Program-made: the position numbers and the translations under genes
Notes under the pieces: model-generated
Database searches by the model: none
What the model was told of the DNA's origin: nothing
The model's input: the letters and a program-made list of their open reading frames with translations, nothing else
DNA from: an uncultured Eubacteriales bacterium
Lineage (GTDB): Bacteria; Bacillota; Clostridia; Oscillospirales; Acutalibacteraceae
DNA: 64,000 nucleotides
Reading direction: 5' to 3'
NCBI GenBank assembly: GCA_934486895.1
Contig: CAKSQZ010000005.1
Span: forward strand, 5,147-69,146
Part shown: piece by piece, positions 7,620 to 18,394 of the stretch
How the letters are laid out: the number at the start of each line of letters is the position of its first letter
Position numbering within the stretch: the stretch's first letter is position 1

Positions 7620-8299
7620 TATTGTCCCTCCTCATATTCAAGTCGGTAGCCGACTTTTTTCTGCGAGATTATACCGACAGACGATTTGAGAAATTCTAAT
7701 TTTCGGCGCAGAAACGACATATATGCTTCAACGCTTGAATCAGCGGTGTCGGAATCGTAGCCCCAGACCTTTGTTATGATCTCCTCCTTTGACAAGACCA
7801 TATTGGGACGCGAGAGCAGCAGCTTCATTATCTGCGCTTCTTTAAAATTGAGCCTTACCGACTTTTCGCCTTTTGCAAGCTCGAAAGATGAATTTGAAAA
7901 GGTTATATCTCCGAATTTGATTTCATCGCTCACAGGCTCGCCCTTGCGTCTTGTCAGAGCGCGGACGCGTGCAAGCAGCTCGTCGGGCGAGAACGGCTTT
8001 GTCATATAATCATCCGCACCGGAGTCGAGTCCGCGAACTTTATCGCGGACCGCATCCTTAGCGGTGAGCATTAGGATCGGTGTCGCGACGCTGCTTTGAC
8101 GAAGCTCCGCGGCGACTTCAAAGCCGTCTTTCCCCGGCATCATAACATCTAAAATAATAAGATCGTATTCATTGCAGAGAGCATAATCCACAGCGTCTGT
8201 TCCGTTATGGACGGCATCTGTCATATATTTTTGCTTTTCAAGTATACCGCAAAGCGCGGCGGAAAGGCTCTTTTCATCCTCCGCAACAAGTATCCTCAT
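7619..8299 (-). CDS. OmpR/PhoB-family response regulator
   Basis: Receiver domain (DLIILDVMMPGKDG, LTAKD) plus a winged-helix C-terminal domain (...VGYRLE). Confidence 0.9.
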   Translation of the reverse strand: MRILVAEDEKSLSAALCGILEKQKYMTDAVHNGTDAVDYALCNEYDLIILDVMMPGKDGFEVAAELRQSSVATPILMLTAKDAVRDKVRGLDSGADDYMTKPFSPDELLARVRALTRRKGEPVSDEIKFGDITFSNSSFELAKGEKSVRLNFKEAQIMKLLLSRPNMVLSKEEIITKVWGYDSDTADSSVEAYMSFLRRKLEFLKSSVGIISQKKVGYRLEYEEGQ

Positions 8300-8416
8300 A
8301 TATATCAGCTCCTTAATATATCCGTTTGAATCGTGGAGGTTCTTCGTTTAATTATACCCTACTTTATTATCATGGGCAACCCTTAAAAAATGCTGAAAAA
8401 AGTTTTTTAATTTTCT

Positions 8417-8440
8417 TTAGGATTTTTTAAGGATAAGGAT
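8417..8440 (+). promoter_or_regulatory. Three direct repeats TTAGGAT / TAAGGAT / TAAGGAT over the -35 region of the VTC operon, a candidate response-regulator binding site
   Basis: Repeats start at 8417, 8428 and 8434 (11-bp and 6-bp phasing). A possible -10 TATCAT sits at 8442-8447. Confidence 0.35.
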
Positions 8441-8476
8441 TTATCATTAGGTCAGAAACTCAAAGGAGGCAACATT

Positions 8477-9175
8477 ATGGTATCCGTTTTTGAGAGGACC
8501 GAGAAAAAATACATTATAAGCGAACAGCAGGCAAAAAGGCTTTTGGCACTGGCTGAAAACAGACTTTGGCAAGACAGGTTTTTTGAAAGCACAGTTATAA
8601 GCCTTTATTTCGACACCGACGACTATCGGGTGATTCGCTCGTCTGCCGAAAAGCCTGTTTATAAAGAAAAGCTTCGGCTCCGCAGCTACAACACACCCGA
8701 TGATGATTCAACCGTGTTTTTGGAGCTCAAAAAGAAATACAAAAGGATAGTCTACAAACGCAGAGAGCAGATGAAGCTTTGGGAAGCGGATAGGTATATC
8801 AACGGTGGCGAAATGCCGAAGGACACTCAGATAATGCGCGAGATCGATCACTTTATCCGCTCGCACACAGGGCTTTGCCCGAAAGTGATGATAGCCTATG
8901 ACCGCCACGCATACAAGGGCGACGGCGGTTTGCGGCTGACCTTGGACAGGCGGCCGAGATACCGCACCGACAGGCTCGACCTTTCGCTCGGCTCGGACGG
9001 CAGACTGCTTTTGGACGAGAACCTGATGATAATGGAAATAAAGGTTGATCAATCGATGCCTGTCTGGCTGGCAGACGCGCTTGATGAACTCAATGTGTTC
9101 CCCACATCTTTCTCAAAATACGGAACAGCCTACAAAATTATGATGAATGAAAAAGGAGACGATCTCAGTGCTTGA
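8477..9175 (+). CDS. VTC-domain (CYTH-like 'polyphosphate polymerase domain') protein
   Basis: Family pattern recognised by eye: FERTEKKYII..., YFDT, KLRLRSY, FLELKKK, RLTLD. Good RBS AAAGGAGG. Confidence 0.8.
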   Translation: MVSVFERTEKKYIISEQQAKRLLALAENRLWQDRFFESTVISLYFDTDDYRVIRSSAEKPVYKEKLRLRSYNTPDDDSTVFLELKKKYKRIVYKRREQMKLWEADRYINGGEMPKDTQIMREIDHFIRSHTGLCPKVMIAYDRHAYKGDGGLRLTLDRRPRYRTDRLDLSLGSDGRLLLDENLMIMEIKVDQSMPVWLADALDELNVFPTSFSKYGTAYKIMMNEKGDDLSA

Positions 9176-9845
9176 TACATTATTTACACCGATATTTGAA
9201 TCTACATTTACGGGAACGGACTTTCTTATTTGCACTGCGGCGGCGCTTGCTTTCGGAATTATGTTTGCTCTGACATTTTGCAGAAAAGACGGCAGCAGCC
9301 GAAGCTTCAGGCTGACACTGATACTGCTGCCGGCGGCGGTTCAGACAGTGATACTGCTTGTTAACGGCAATGTCGGAACAGGCGTTGCGGTCATGGGTGC
9401 GTTCAGCTTGGTACGATTCAGATCTGTGCCGGGAAGCGCAAAAGAAATTGCGGCGATATTCATGGCGATGACAGCGGGCCTTGCCTGCGCCGAGGGATAT
9501 ATCGGAATCGCTTTGATATTCACTGTTATAATGTGCGCCGCGGCATTGATCGCAGGCGCGGTGAAGTTTCCCGAAAAAGAAAGCCCGAAAAAGGAACTTC
9601 GGATAACTATTCCCGAATCGCTCAACTATACGGACGCGTTTGACGATGTTTTTGAAAAGTATCTAAAAGAACAGGCTCTTATGAATGTTAAGACCACGAA
9701 TATGGGCAGTCTTTTCAGGCTGACATACACGGTTGAACTGAAGAATATTTCAAAGCAGAAAGAATTTATCGATGAGCTGAGATGCAGAAACGGAAATCTT
9801 GAAATCTCGCTCGGCATGGCAAGCACTGTAAAGGAGGCGCTTTGA
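9168..9845 (+). CDS. DUF4956-family multi-pass membrane protein
   Basis: Hydrophobic N-terminal two-thirds, and it follows the VTC gene as in the conserved pair. Start placed at a GTG 9 nt after GGAG (GTGCTTGA overlap with the upstream stop). The ORF track allows 9147. Confidence 0.7.
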   Translation: MLDTLFTPIFESTFTGTDFLICTAAALAFGIMFALTFCRKDGSSRSFRLTLILLPAAVQTVILLVNGNVGTGVAVMGAFSLVRFRSVPGSAKEIAAIFMAMTAGLACAEGYIGIALIFTVIMCAAALIAGAVKFPEKESPKKELRITIPESLNYTDAFDDVFEKYLKEQALMNVKTTNMGSLFRLTYTVELKNISKQKEFIDELRCRNGNLEISLGMASTVKEAL

Positions 9846-9846
9846 T

Positions 9847-11703
9847 ATGAAAAAACTGACTGCATTACTGCTGGCTTTTATGCTCGGTATCTCGCTTTGC
9901 TCCTGCGGCAATACTTCAAATGTATCTGGCACAGGCGATGAAACGGCTACCGACATTACAACGGCAGGCTCTTCCGATATGTTTACAAACCGCGATCTTG
10001 ACGCTTCTTATGACGAATCCACAGCCGAAAAGATCACTCTTTCCGACAGAGTGATGAAGATCGCAAAAACCGGAACATACATCATAAGCGGAAGCTGCAC
10101 CGACGGCACGATAGAAATAGACGCCGCCGATACCGACAAGATACAGCTTGTTTTGAAAAACGCGACTCTTGCGAGCAAAAGCTGTGCACTTCTTATTAAA
10201 AACGCCGACAAGGTGTTTATAACGCCGGCAGACGGCACGACAAACAGCATTTCGGACGGCGGCTCTTACACGCTCACCGAGGGCGATGCATCGGTTGATG
10301 CGGCGATATTCTCAAAATGCGATCTCACGATCAACGGCAGCGGTACGCTGAGCGTAAACGGCAACTACAAGCACGGGATCGTATCGAAGGACGATCTTGT
10401 TATAACAGGCGGCACGATCGCTGTGACATCCGCATCCTGCGGAATTGAGGGCAAGGACAGCGTTCGCATAACAAAGGCGAATATTACCGTTAAGTCCGGC
10501 ACGGACGGTATTCGTTCGACCAATGAAGAGGATGAGTCGAAAGGCTTTATCTACATTGAGAGCGGCAGTGTCGGCATTGTTTCCTCGAATGACGGTATGC
10601 AGGCAGAAAGCACGATAACGCTAAAGGACGGTACATTCAACATCACCGCCGGCGGCGGAGCGTCGAACGCACAAAAGAAGGTAGAGGCGGCTCCAGGCGC
10701 TCAGCAAAACAGCATAGCGACATCCGATACCGACAGTACAAAAGGCATTAAATGTGCGGGCAACATCGTGATAAGCGGCGGCACATACACCGTTGATTCG
10801 GCGGACGACGCTATTCATTCAAACAGCGAGATCGGCATTACAGGCGGCAGCTTTACGCTCAAGACAGGCGACGACGGCATTCATGCGGACAATGTTCTGA
10901 AAGTGAGCGGAGGCGAACTGACGGTTTCTCAAAGCTATGAGGGACTTGAGGCCGGCGTGATCTATATTTCGGGCGGCAACATCAACATCACAGCGAGTGA
11001 CGACGGGCTGAATGCGGCGGGCGGTTCGGATTCGTCCAACGAAAGCGGCCCGGGCGGCGGAGATCCCTTTGCATCAGACAGCTCGAAGAAGCTCTGCATT
11101 TCCGGCGGCAAGCTTATTGTCAATGCGAACGGCGACGGACTTGACTCTAACGGCACTATTGAGATAAGAGGCGGTATCACACTTGTGAGCGGTCCGACAA
11201 ATGACGGCAACGGCGCTCTCGACTACGGTTCAAGCGCAAAGATCACCGGCGGTGTCGTTATCGCGGCAGGTTCGAGCGGAATGGCTGAAACATTCACCGA
11301 ATCGACTCAGGGTGTTATCATGACCGATGTTACATCGCAAAACGCAAATTCATCGATCGCACTTTGCGATGAGGACGGCAATGTGATACTTTCGTACACT
11401 CCCCCGAAAAAGTATACAAACATTATACTGAGCGCACCGACGATAAAAAACGGCGGCAGTTACAAAATTATTTGCGGCGGCACAGTATCAGGTGCTGACA
11501 AAAACGGATATGCCGAGTCGGGCACGGTCAGCGGCGGTTCGTCTGTTGCAACGATCTCAATGAGTTCGCTGAACTACAAGTCGGGCGGACAGAGTTCGAT
11601 GGGCGGCGGTCAGCCGAACGGACAGGGAGGCTCCGGCGCTATGGGAGGCGGTCGGCCGAACGATCAGGGCGGCAATCGACCGAACGGAAAGCCGAATGCT
11701 TAA
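9847..11703 (+). CDS. Surface lipoprotein with repeated beta-helix-like units (Cthe_2159-like carbohydrate-binding domain family) and a Gly/Asn/Gln-rich tail
   Basis: Lipobox ...GISLCSC. Many repeats of the type GG.I.V.S..DGI.S. C-terminal tail GGQSSMGGGQPNGQGGSGAMGGGRPNDQGG. Its ATG lies 1 nt after the upstream stop. Confidence 0.75.
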   Translation: MKKLTALLLAFMLGISLCSCGNTSNVSGTGDETATDITTAGSSDMFTNRDLDASYDESTAEKITLSDRVMKIAKTGTYIISGSCTDGTIEIDAADTDKIQLVLKNATLASKSCALLIKNADKVFITPADGTTNSISDGGSYTLTEGDASVDAAIFSKCDLTINGSGTLSVNGNYKHGIVSKDDLVITGGTIAVTSASCGIEGKDSVRITKANITVKSGTDGIRSTNEEDESKGFIYIESGSVGIVSSNDGMQAESTITLKDGTFNITAGGGASNAQKKVEAAPGAQQNSIATSDTDSTKGIKCAGNIVISGGTYTVDSADDAIHSNSEIGITGGSFTLKTGDDGIHADNVLKVSGGELTVSQSYEGLEAGVIYISGGNINITASDDGLNAAGGSDSSNESGPGGGDPFASDSSKKLCISGGKLIVNANGDGLDSNGTIEIRGGITLVSGPTNDGNGALDYGSSAKITGGVVIAAGSSGMAETFTESTQGVIMTDVTSQNANSSIALCDEDGNVILSYTPPKKYTNIILSAPTIKNGGSYKIICGGTVSGADKNGYAESGTVSGGSSVATISMSSLNYKSGGQSSMGGGQPNGQGGSGAMGGGRPNDQGGNRPNGKPNA

Positions 11704-11710
11704 GCACACA

Positions 11711-11747
11711 AAAGACGGCTCACTTTTAAGTGAGCCGTCTTTTATTT
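11711..11747. terminator. Bidirectional rho-independent terminator between convergent genes
   Basis: AAAGACGGCTCAC/GTGAGCCGTCTTT stem with A/T runs on both sides. Confidence 0.7.
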
Positions 11748-13010
11748 ATTGCCTTTTATCCTATCCATATAGCCTTTGTATGCCTGCTCGGTTTTATTAT
11801 CACCGAAAACATAGTATTTTTTATTTTTTATTTCATCGGGCAGATACTGCTGATATGTATAATGGTTCGGAAAATCATGCGGATATTTATAGAATTGTCC
11901 GGGGTTTTCATTGTCCGCCCCGTCGCAATGCTTATTCTGCAGAGTTCGCGGTATTGCGCCCGAAATTCCGTTTTTGATATCTGACATAGCGGCGTTTATC
12001 GCGTTATAAGCCGAATTGGATTTAGGGGAGATAGCGACCATTACAGTCGCGTCCGCAAGCGGGATACGAGCCTCGGGAAGCCCTACCGCCATTGCGATAT
12101 CGACAGCCGATTTCACTATAGGAATGATATTGGGATTGGCAAGTCCGACATCCTCGCAAGCACACACCATAAGGCGGCGGCAAGCAGAAATAAGGTCGTC
12201 CGCCGAGAGCAGCCGTGCGAGATAATGCACCGCCGCATCGGGATCGGAGCCGCGCATAGATTTCTGATATGCCGACATGATGTCATAATGCTCGTCGCCT
12301 GTTTTATCGTATTTATTCGCACTCATCTGCGAAACACTGCGTGCGATCTCGCAGGTGATAATTCTGCCGTTTTCATCTCTCTGCGCACCGAGCACACATG
12401 CTTCGACAGCGTTCATAGCCTTGCGGACATCGCCTCCGCATCTGGTTGAGATTATTCTGAAAACATCGTCTTCTATTGTCAGCTTATCCTCGCACACCGA
12501 CTGCATATACTCAAAGCCGCGCTTTACAGCAGGCAGGATATCCTCGCTTGAAACAGGCTTAAATTCAAAAACAGTGCTTCTTGAAAGGATCGCACCGTAG
12601 ACATAGAAGTACGGATTTTCCGTTGTGGACGCGATAAGGGTTATTGAGCCGTTTTCAATAAATTCAAGCAGTGATTGCTGCTGCTTTTTATTGAGATACT
12701 GGATCTCATCGAGATAAAGCAAAACTCCGTTTTGTCCCTCTAGTGTATTTGTTTCGCTGATTATCGCGCGAATGTCCGCTGTTGACGCAGTGGTGCCGTT
12801 GAGCTTGTGCATTTTCATTCCCGCACCCGATGCGATTATTCCCGAAAGCGTGGTTTTGCCTACTCCGGGCGGGCCGTAGAATATCATATTCGGCACCTTT
12901 CCGCTTTTTATTATATTGAAAAGCGGTTTGTTTTCGCCGAGCAGGTGCTTTTGCCCGACAATTTCGCCGAGAGTTTTCGGGCGAAGTATATCCGCAAGCG
13001 GTGCTGACAT
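11742..13010 (-). CDS. rarA: Replication-associated recombination protein A (AAA+ ATPase)
   Basis: LRPKTLGEIVGQKHLLG, Walker A GPPGVGKTT, and the C-terminal MgsA-type region. Confidence 0.9.
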   Translation of the reverse strand: MSAPLADILRPKTLGEIVGQKHLLGENKPLFNIIKSGKVPNMIFYGPPGVGKTTLSGIIASGAGMKMHKLNGTTASTADIRAIISETNTLEGQNGVLLYLDEIQYLNKKQQQSLLEFIENGSITLIASTTENPYFYVYGAILSRSTVFEFKPVSSEDILPAVKRGFEYMQSVCEDKLTIEDDVFRIISTRCGGDVRKAMNAVEACVLGAQRDENGRIITCEIARSVSQMSANKYDKTGDEHYDIMSAYQKSMRGSDPDAAVHYLARLLSADDLISACRRLMVCACEDVGLANPNIIPIVKSAVDIAMAVGLPEARIPLADATVMVAISPKSNSAYNAINAAMSDIKNGISGAIPRTLQNKHCDGADNENPGQFYKYPHDFPNHYTYQQYLPDEIKNKKYYVFGDNKTEQAYKGYMDRIKGNK

Positions 13011-13035
13011 TTTACGAACATTCCTTTCTTAAAAC

Positions 13036-13068
13036 GGTGAGGGGCTTTCATAATGAAAGCCCCGTTTT
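13036..13068. terminator. Hairpin between glyA and rarA (terminator-like)
   Basis: GGGGCTTTCA/TGAAAGCCCC stem. T-run on the plus side, weaker on the minus side. Confidence 0.5.
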
Positions 13069-13070
13069 TA

Positions 13071-14321
<1,251 letters not shown>

Positions 14322-14454
14322 TTTTAAATTCTTCCTTTCATTTTTGCTTGAAATATGTTATAATTATTTCAAAATATCATAACTACATTATACATGATAT
14401 TTTTACAATGTGCAATTATTTTTTTAATGTGCACGAAAGAAAGGATCGAAGCAA

Positions 14455-15525
14455 ATGAAAAGGGAGTATTTTAAAGCAGTTTTAGCTGCCATTTTAGCAG
14501 TTGCAGCGGCATTTTTGGTTTGCGGCTGCGGCGATCAATCAAGCTCTGCAGTTGCAACAACAAAAGCCGCCGAGGAGATCAGCTCGACAACGACAGAAAC
14601 CACAACTCAGACAACGACCGAAAAGGAGACGACCTCTTCTACGACAAAGGCAGCCACTCAAAAGCCTAAGACAAATAAGACATCGTCCGGCAACTCGGGC
14701 GGCAGCTCGTATTCGGCGGACGCGACCGAGCTTTATCTTAAAAAGTTTTCGTCTGTTCCCTCGAGCGGTACGATAACGGGTGGCAGTGTTTCGGTAGGCC
14801 AGAATATTCTTATTAACAACGACTATGCATACGATTTCAGCCAGGACACCGATTTTATCTATTTTTCGGATCTTTCGGGCAGAAAGTTCAATGTTATGTT
14901 TGCCGATCTTGATGTTGATCGTTTCACAGGCTATGAATTTAATCTGATGACAAAGGCATTTAAATCGATCTACCCCGATGAATATCTCGGCGTTTGCTCG
15001 GGATTCCGTACCTACAAGACTCAAAAGCGCAACTTTGACAATTCTGTTGCAAAGGTCGGCGAAAAAGAGACTTTGAAATGGTATACCAGACCCGGATACA
15101 GCGAGCATCACACCGGATATGCTATCGATTTCAACACCGATTCCTACGGCAGCAAAGCATTTACCGGCAAAGGCAATCAGAGCTGGTTCAGGAAAAACTG
15201 CCATAAATACGGCTTTATCCACCGCTACACCGCCGCAAAGCAGAGTATCACGGGCATTAACCCTGAGGCGTGGCATTTCAGACAGGTCGGTATTCCGCAC
15301 GCCGACTATATTATGAAGAACGATATTTGCTATGAAGAGTATATCAGTCTTTTGAAGTCGCACGGATACGACAGTCCGATCAAGGTCACACCCGATGCCG
15401 GCGGCACATATTATATTTGGTATCAGGCAGGCAAAAAAGGCACGGGCATCAATGTTTCGGGATATTCAAAATACTATTGCTCGGGCAACAATGTCGACGG
15501 TTTTATAATCACAGCTATTAAATAA
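14455..15525 (+). CDS. M15B (VanY-like) D-alanyl-D-alanine carboxypeptidase family lipoprotein
   Basis: Lipobox LVCGC, Thr/Ser-rich linker, zinc/active-site motifs SGFRTY, SEHHTGYAID, WHFR. Confidence 0.8.
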   Translation: MKREYFKAVLAAILAVAAAFLVCGCGDQSSSAVATTKAAEEISSTTTETTTQTTTEKETTSSTTKAATQKPKTNKTSSGNSGGSSYSADATELYLKKFSSVPSSGTITGGSVSVGQNILINNDYAYDFSQDTDFIYFSDLSGRKFNVMFADLDVDRFTGYEFNLMTKAFKSIYPDEYLGVCSGFRTYKTQKRNFDNSVAKVGEKETLKWYTRPGYSEHHTGYAIDFNTDSYGSKAFTGKGNQSWFRKNCHKYGFIHRYTAAKQSITGINPEAWHFRQVGIPHADYIMKNDICYEEYISLLKSHGYDSPIKVTPDAGGTYYIWYQAGKKGTGINVSGYSKYYCSGNNVDGFIITAIK

Positions 15526-15543
15526 AAAGGAGAACGGTTCGGT

Positions 15544-16824
15544 ATGGCAAAAGTCACACCTTTTAAAGCACTAAGATTCACTCGTAATGCCGGCGATATA
15601 GATAAAGTCGTCTGCCCGCCTTACGATATTATAAGCGAGCCGCAGCGGCAGGCTTATCTCAGGGAAAACAGCAACAACGTGATCAGGCTTGAACTGCCGC
15701 GCGACGGTGACGATCCGTATCTCACAGCAAAAGAAACGCTCCTTAAAATGCTTTCAAGCGGTGTTTTAAAAACCGATGATCGTCCTGCGGTATATGTTTA
15801 TGAAATAGAATTCACTGCAAAAAACAAGCGCAAGAAGATCAGAGGAATTATTGCGAGAGTTGAACTGAGCGAGTTTTCAAAAGGCATTGTTTTGCCGCAT
15901 GAAGAAACGCTTTCGAAAGCCAAGGCGGACAGATTTGAGCTTATGAAAGCGACCTTCTGCAATTTCTCGCAGATCTATTCTCTTTATTCAGATGAGGATC
16001 GAATAACCGACAGACTGATCGACGAAAAGACGGCGAATGTCAAGCCGACGAATGAATTTACCGATAAAGACGGGCTTGTCCACCGGCTTTGGATAATCGA
16101 CAATGAAGCTGACTGCGCCGAGATCTGCAAAGGATTTGACGACTGCAAACTTTACATCGCGGACGGTCATCACCGCTATGAAACGGCGATAAATTTCAGA
16201 AACTATTGCAGGGATAACGGCATCTACGCGCCTGACGCCGACAAGTGCATGATGATGCTGGTTTCGATGCAGAATGAGGGACTTGTCGTTCTGCCGACTC
16301 ACAGGATCGTGAGAAATCTTCAAAACTTTGATCTTCAAAAGATCGTTTGCGAGTGCGAGCGGTATTTCGACATTCGTGTTATCGACGAATGCGATGTTGA
16401 AAAACAGCTTGATACACAATATGAAAACGGTGAGAAATCGTTTGTTTTGTATGCCGACAAGACCTATCGGCTGCTCACGCTTAAAGACAGCGATATTATG
16501 AACGAGCTGCTCGGCGGTTCGTCGGACGCATACAAAGGGCTTGATGTTAATGTTTTGCACCTTTTGATACTTGAAAAGCTGTTTTCGATCGACAAAGAAA
16601 ACATGGCTAATCAGAAAAACCTTACTTACACACGGCATATCTGCGAGGCGGTACACGCTGTTGACAGCGGCGATGCCGACTGCGCTTTTCTGCTTAATCC
16701 CACCAAGGTCGAAGAGATCAGAGATGTTGCCGCAGCCGGCGAGAAGATGCCGCAAAAATCGACTTATTTCTATCCGAAACTTATAACAGGCTTGGTGATG
16801 AATTCGTTTGCACCGGAGGAATAA
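15544..16824 (+). CDS. DUF1015-domain protein
   Basis: N-terminal PFKALRF...VCPPYDIIS and central ADGHHRYETA motifs typical of DUF1015. Confidence 0.8.
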   Translation: MAKVTPFKALRFTRNAGDIDKVVCPPYDIISEPQRQAYLRENSNNVIRLELPRDGDDPYLTAKETLLKMLSSGVLKTDDRPAVYVYEIEFTAKNKRKKIRGIIARVELSEFSKGIVLPHEETLSKAKADRFELMKATFCNFSQIYSLYSDEDRITDRLIDEKTANVKPTNEFTDKDGLVHRLWIIDNEADCAEICKGFDDCKLYIADGHHRYETAINFRNYCRDNGIYAPDADKCMMMLVSMQNEGLVVLPTHRIVRNLQNFDLQKIVCECERYFDIRVIDECDVEKQLDTQYENGEKSFVLYADKTYRLLTLKDSDIMNELLGGSSDAYKGLDVNVLHLLILEKLFSIDKENMANQKNLTYTRHICEAVHAVDSGDADCAFLLNPTKVEEIRDVAAAGEKMPQKSTYFYPKLITGLVMNSFAPEE

Positions 16825-16827
16825 GTT

Positions 16828-17724
16828 TCACAGTACAAACGACAGCAAAAACAGCTCATATAACCGATCATAGATCGAATAAAGCTCTTTAGGGCTCAAT
16901 GGATTTATTCCCTTTCCTATTTCAAGAGTGAACCCGGGGCGAGAGAACTGCTGAATGAACCAGTCCTTAAAGCCGCCGTAGGAAGCTGTGCCGGAGGGCT
17001 TTGCAAGAGCATAATCGCTTGACGCTGCGAACAGCTTTGCGAGCCTGTAGCCGCTTTCCGGGGTATTATCCCCGAACTGCCAATAGATCTCTTCGCCCTG
17101 CGAATGAAATGCGAGAGCTTTATTGCAATAGTTTTCGCGGCAGATTCGGGTCAAGACCCGAGTTTCTATCTCGCTTTCCGGATAGTCTCCGCCATAGCGT
17201 CTCGGTGACGGGCCTGTTATTCCCTGCGCGCGTTCAAGCTGCTTTAAAAGCTCGAAGCCTGCATCGAAATTATGGTTTATATCGACTCCGTTTACATTGG
17301 CGTTCCAATATTTATAATCGGTATCGCCGAGTATTTTTCTGACGCTGCCGGCATACTTCCCTGCGGTATCGGGTCCCGATCGCGAGATCTCATAGCCGTC
17401 GGGGTTAACACACGGCACACAAAGTATCGTCTTGCCGAAAAGGGCTGTTCTGGCATTGGTGAGCGAGAAGTTTGAATTGGAGGATAACGCTTCACTCAGC
17501 TGCTCTAAGAACATTATAAGCACAAGCACGGTGAGCCGTTCGCTGCCGTGAAATCCGCCTGCATACAGCACTTTATTGGAATCAATGCCTATCTGAACAG
17601 AATAGATCGGGCGGCCGGCTAATGTTCTCGCTTGCTCCCTGAGCTTGAAAAAATCATATTTTACCGATAGCATTTTGAGATATGCTTCAAGCTCTTCATA
17701 TGAGTATTCGCGCTGTTCTATCAT
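16828..17724 (-). CDS. M14-family zinc carboxypeptidase (gamma-D-glutamyl-meso-diaminopimelate peptidase-like)
   Basis: GGFHGSER zinc motif, NPDGYE, INHNFD. Confidence 0.8.
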   Translation of the reverse strand: MIEQREYSYEELEAYLKMLSVKYDFFKLREQARTLAGRPIYSVQIGIDSNKVLYAGGFHGSERLTVLVLIMFLEQLSEALSSNSNFSLTNARTALFGKTILCVPCVNPDGYEISRSGPDTAGKYAGSVRKILGDTDYKYWNANVNGVDINHNFDAGFELLKQLERAQGITGPSPRRYGGDYPESEIETRVLTRICRENYCNKALAFHSQGEEIYWQFGDNTPESGYRLAKLFAASSDYALAKPSGTASYGGFKDWFIQQFSRPGFTLEIGKGINPLSPKELYSIYDRLYELFLLSFVL

Positions 17725-17756
17725 TTTAAAATCGATCCTTTCGGGAGGTAATTTAT

Positions 17757-18302
17757 ATGGATCTTACGGAAAAGACCCTCGATAAACGATATGCTTATGA
17801 GGGTAGGATTATCAATCTGAGGGTGGACAAAGCACAACTGCCCGACGGAAGGAAAGTCTCGCGGGAGGTGGTTGAACATCCGGGCGGAGTTTGCGTTTTG
17901 CCGCTGACAGACGATCATGATGTGCTGATGGTGCGGCAATACCGCTATCCGCATGAGCGGCTGTTTTTAGAAATACCTGCGGGCAAGCTTGAAAAAGGTG
18001 AAGATCCTTTTGAATGCGGCAAGCGTGAGCTTTCGGAGGAAACGGGTATGACAGCAAAAAAATATCGCAATCTCGGCAGGCTTGTCCCGACTCCCGCATA
18101 CTGCGGTGAGATAATTTATATGTATCTTGCGACAGGGCTTACACAAAGCGAGCAGCACCTTGATGACGGCGAGTTTCTGGAGGTTGAGAAATATCCGATC
18201 GAAAAGCTTGTTCAAATGGTGCTTGACGGCGAGATCGAAGACGCTAAAACTCAGGCGGCTGTTTTAAAAACCAAATATCTTATCGACCACGATATGATCT
18301 GA
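17757..18302 (+). CDS. NUDIX hydrolase (ADP-ribose pyrophosphatase-like)
   Basis: Nudix box GKLEKGEDPFECGKRELSEETG. Confidence 0.85.
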   Translation: MDLTEKTLDKRYAYEGRIINLRVDKAQLPDGRKVSREVVEHPGGVCVLPLTDDHDVLMVRQYRYPHERLFLEIPAGKLEKGEDPFECGKRELSEETGMTAKKYRNLGRLVPTPAYCGEIIYMYLATGLTQSEQHLDDGEFLEVEKYPIEKLVQMVLDGEIEDAKTQAAVLKTKYLIDHDMI

Positions 18303-18306
18303 TGAT

Positions 18307-18340
18307 CCGACTCTCCTTTCGGAGAGCCGGATTTTTTTAT
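18307..18340 (+). terminator. Rho-independent terminator
   Basis: TCCGACTCTCC/GGAGAGCCGGA stem followed by TTTTTTT. Confidence 0.75.
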
Positions 18341-18394
18341 GAATATCCTTTGCTTTTTTCGGGAAACTAACTAAAAAACAAAGGTGGATTTGCT

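Noticed and set aside
14407-14433. Direct repeat AATGTGCA (14407-14414 and 14426-14433) upstream of the M15 lipoprotein gene
   Set aside because: It is a short 8-mer in an AT-rich spacer with no associated regulator or second locus. It could easily be chance.
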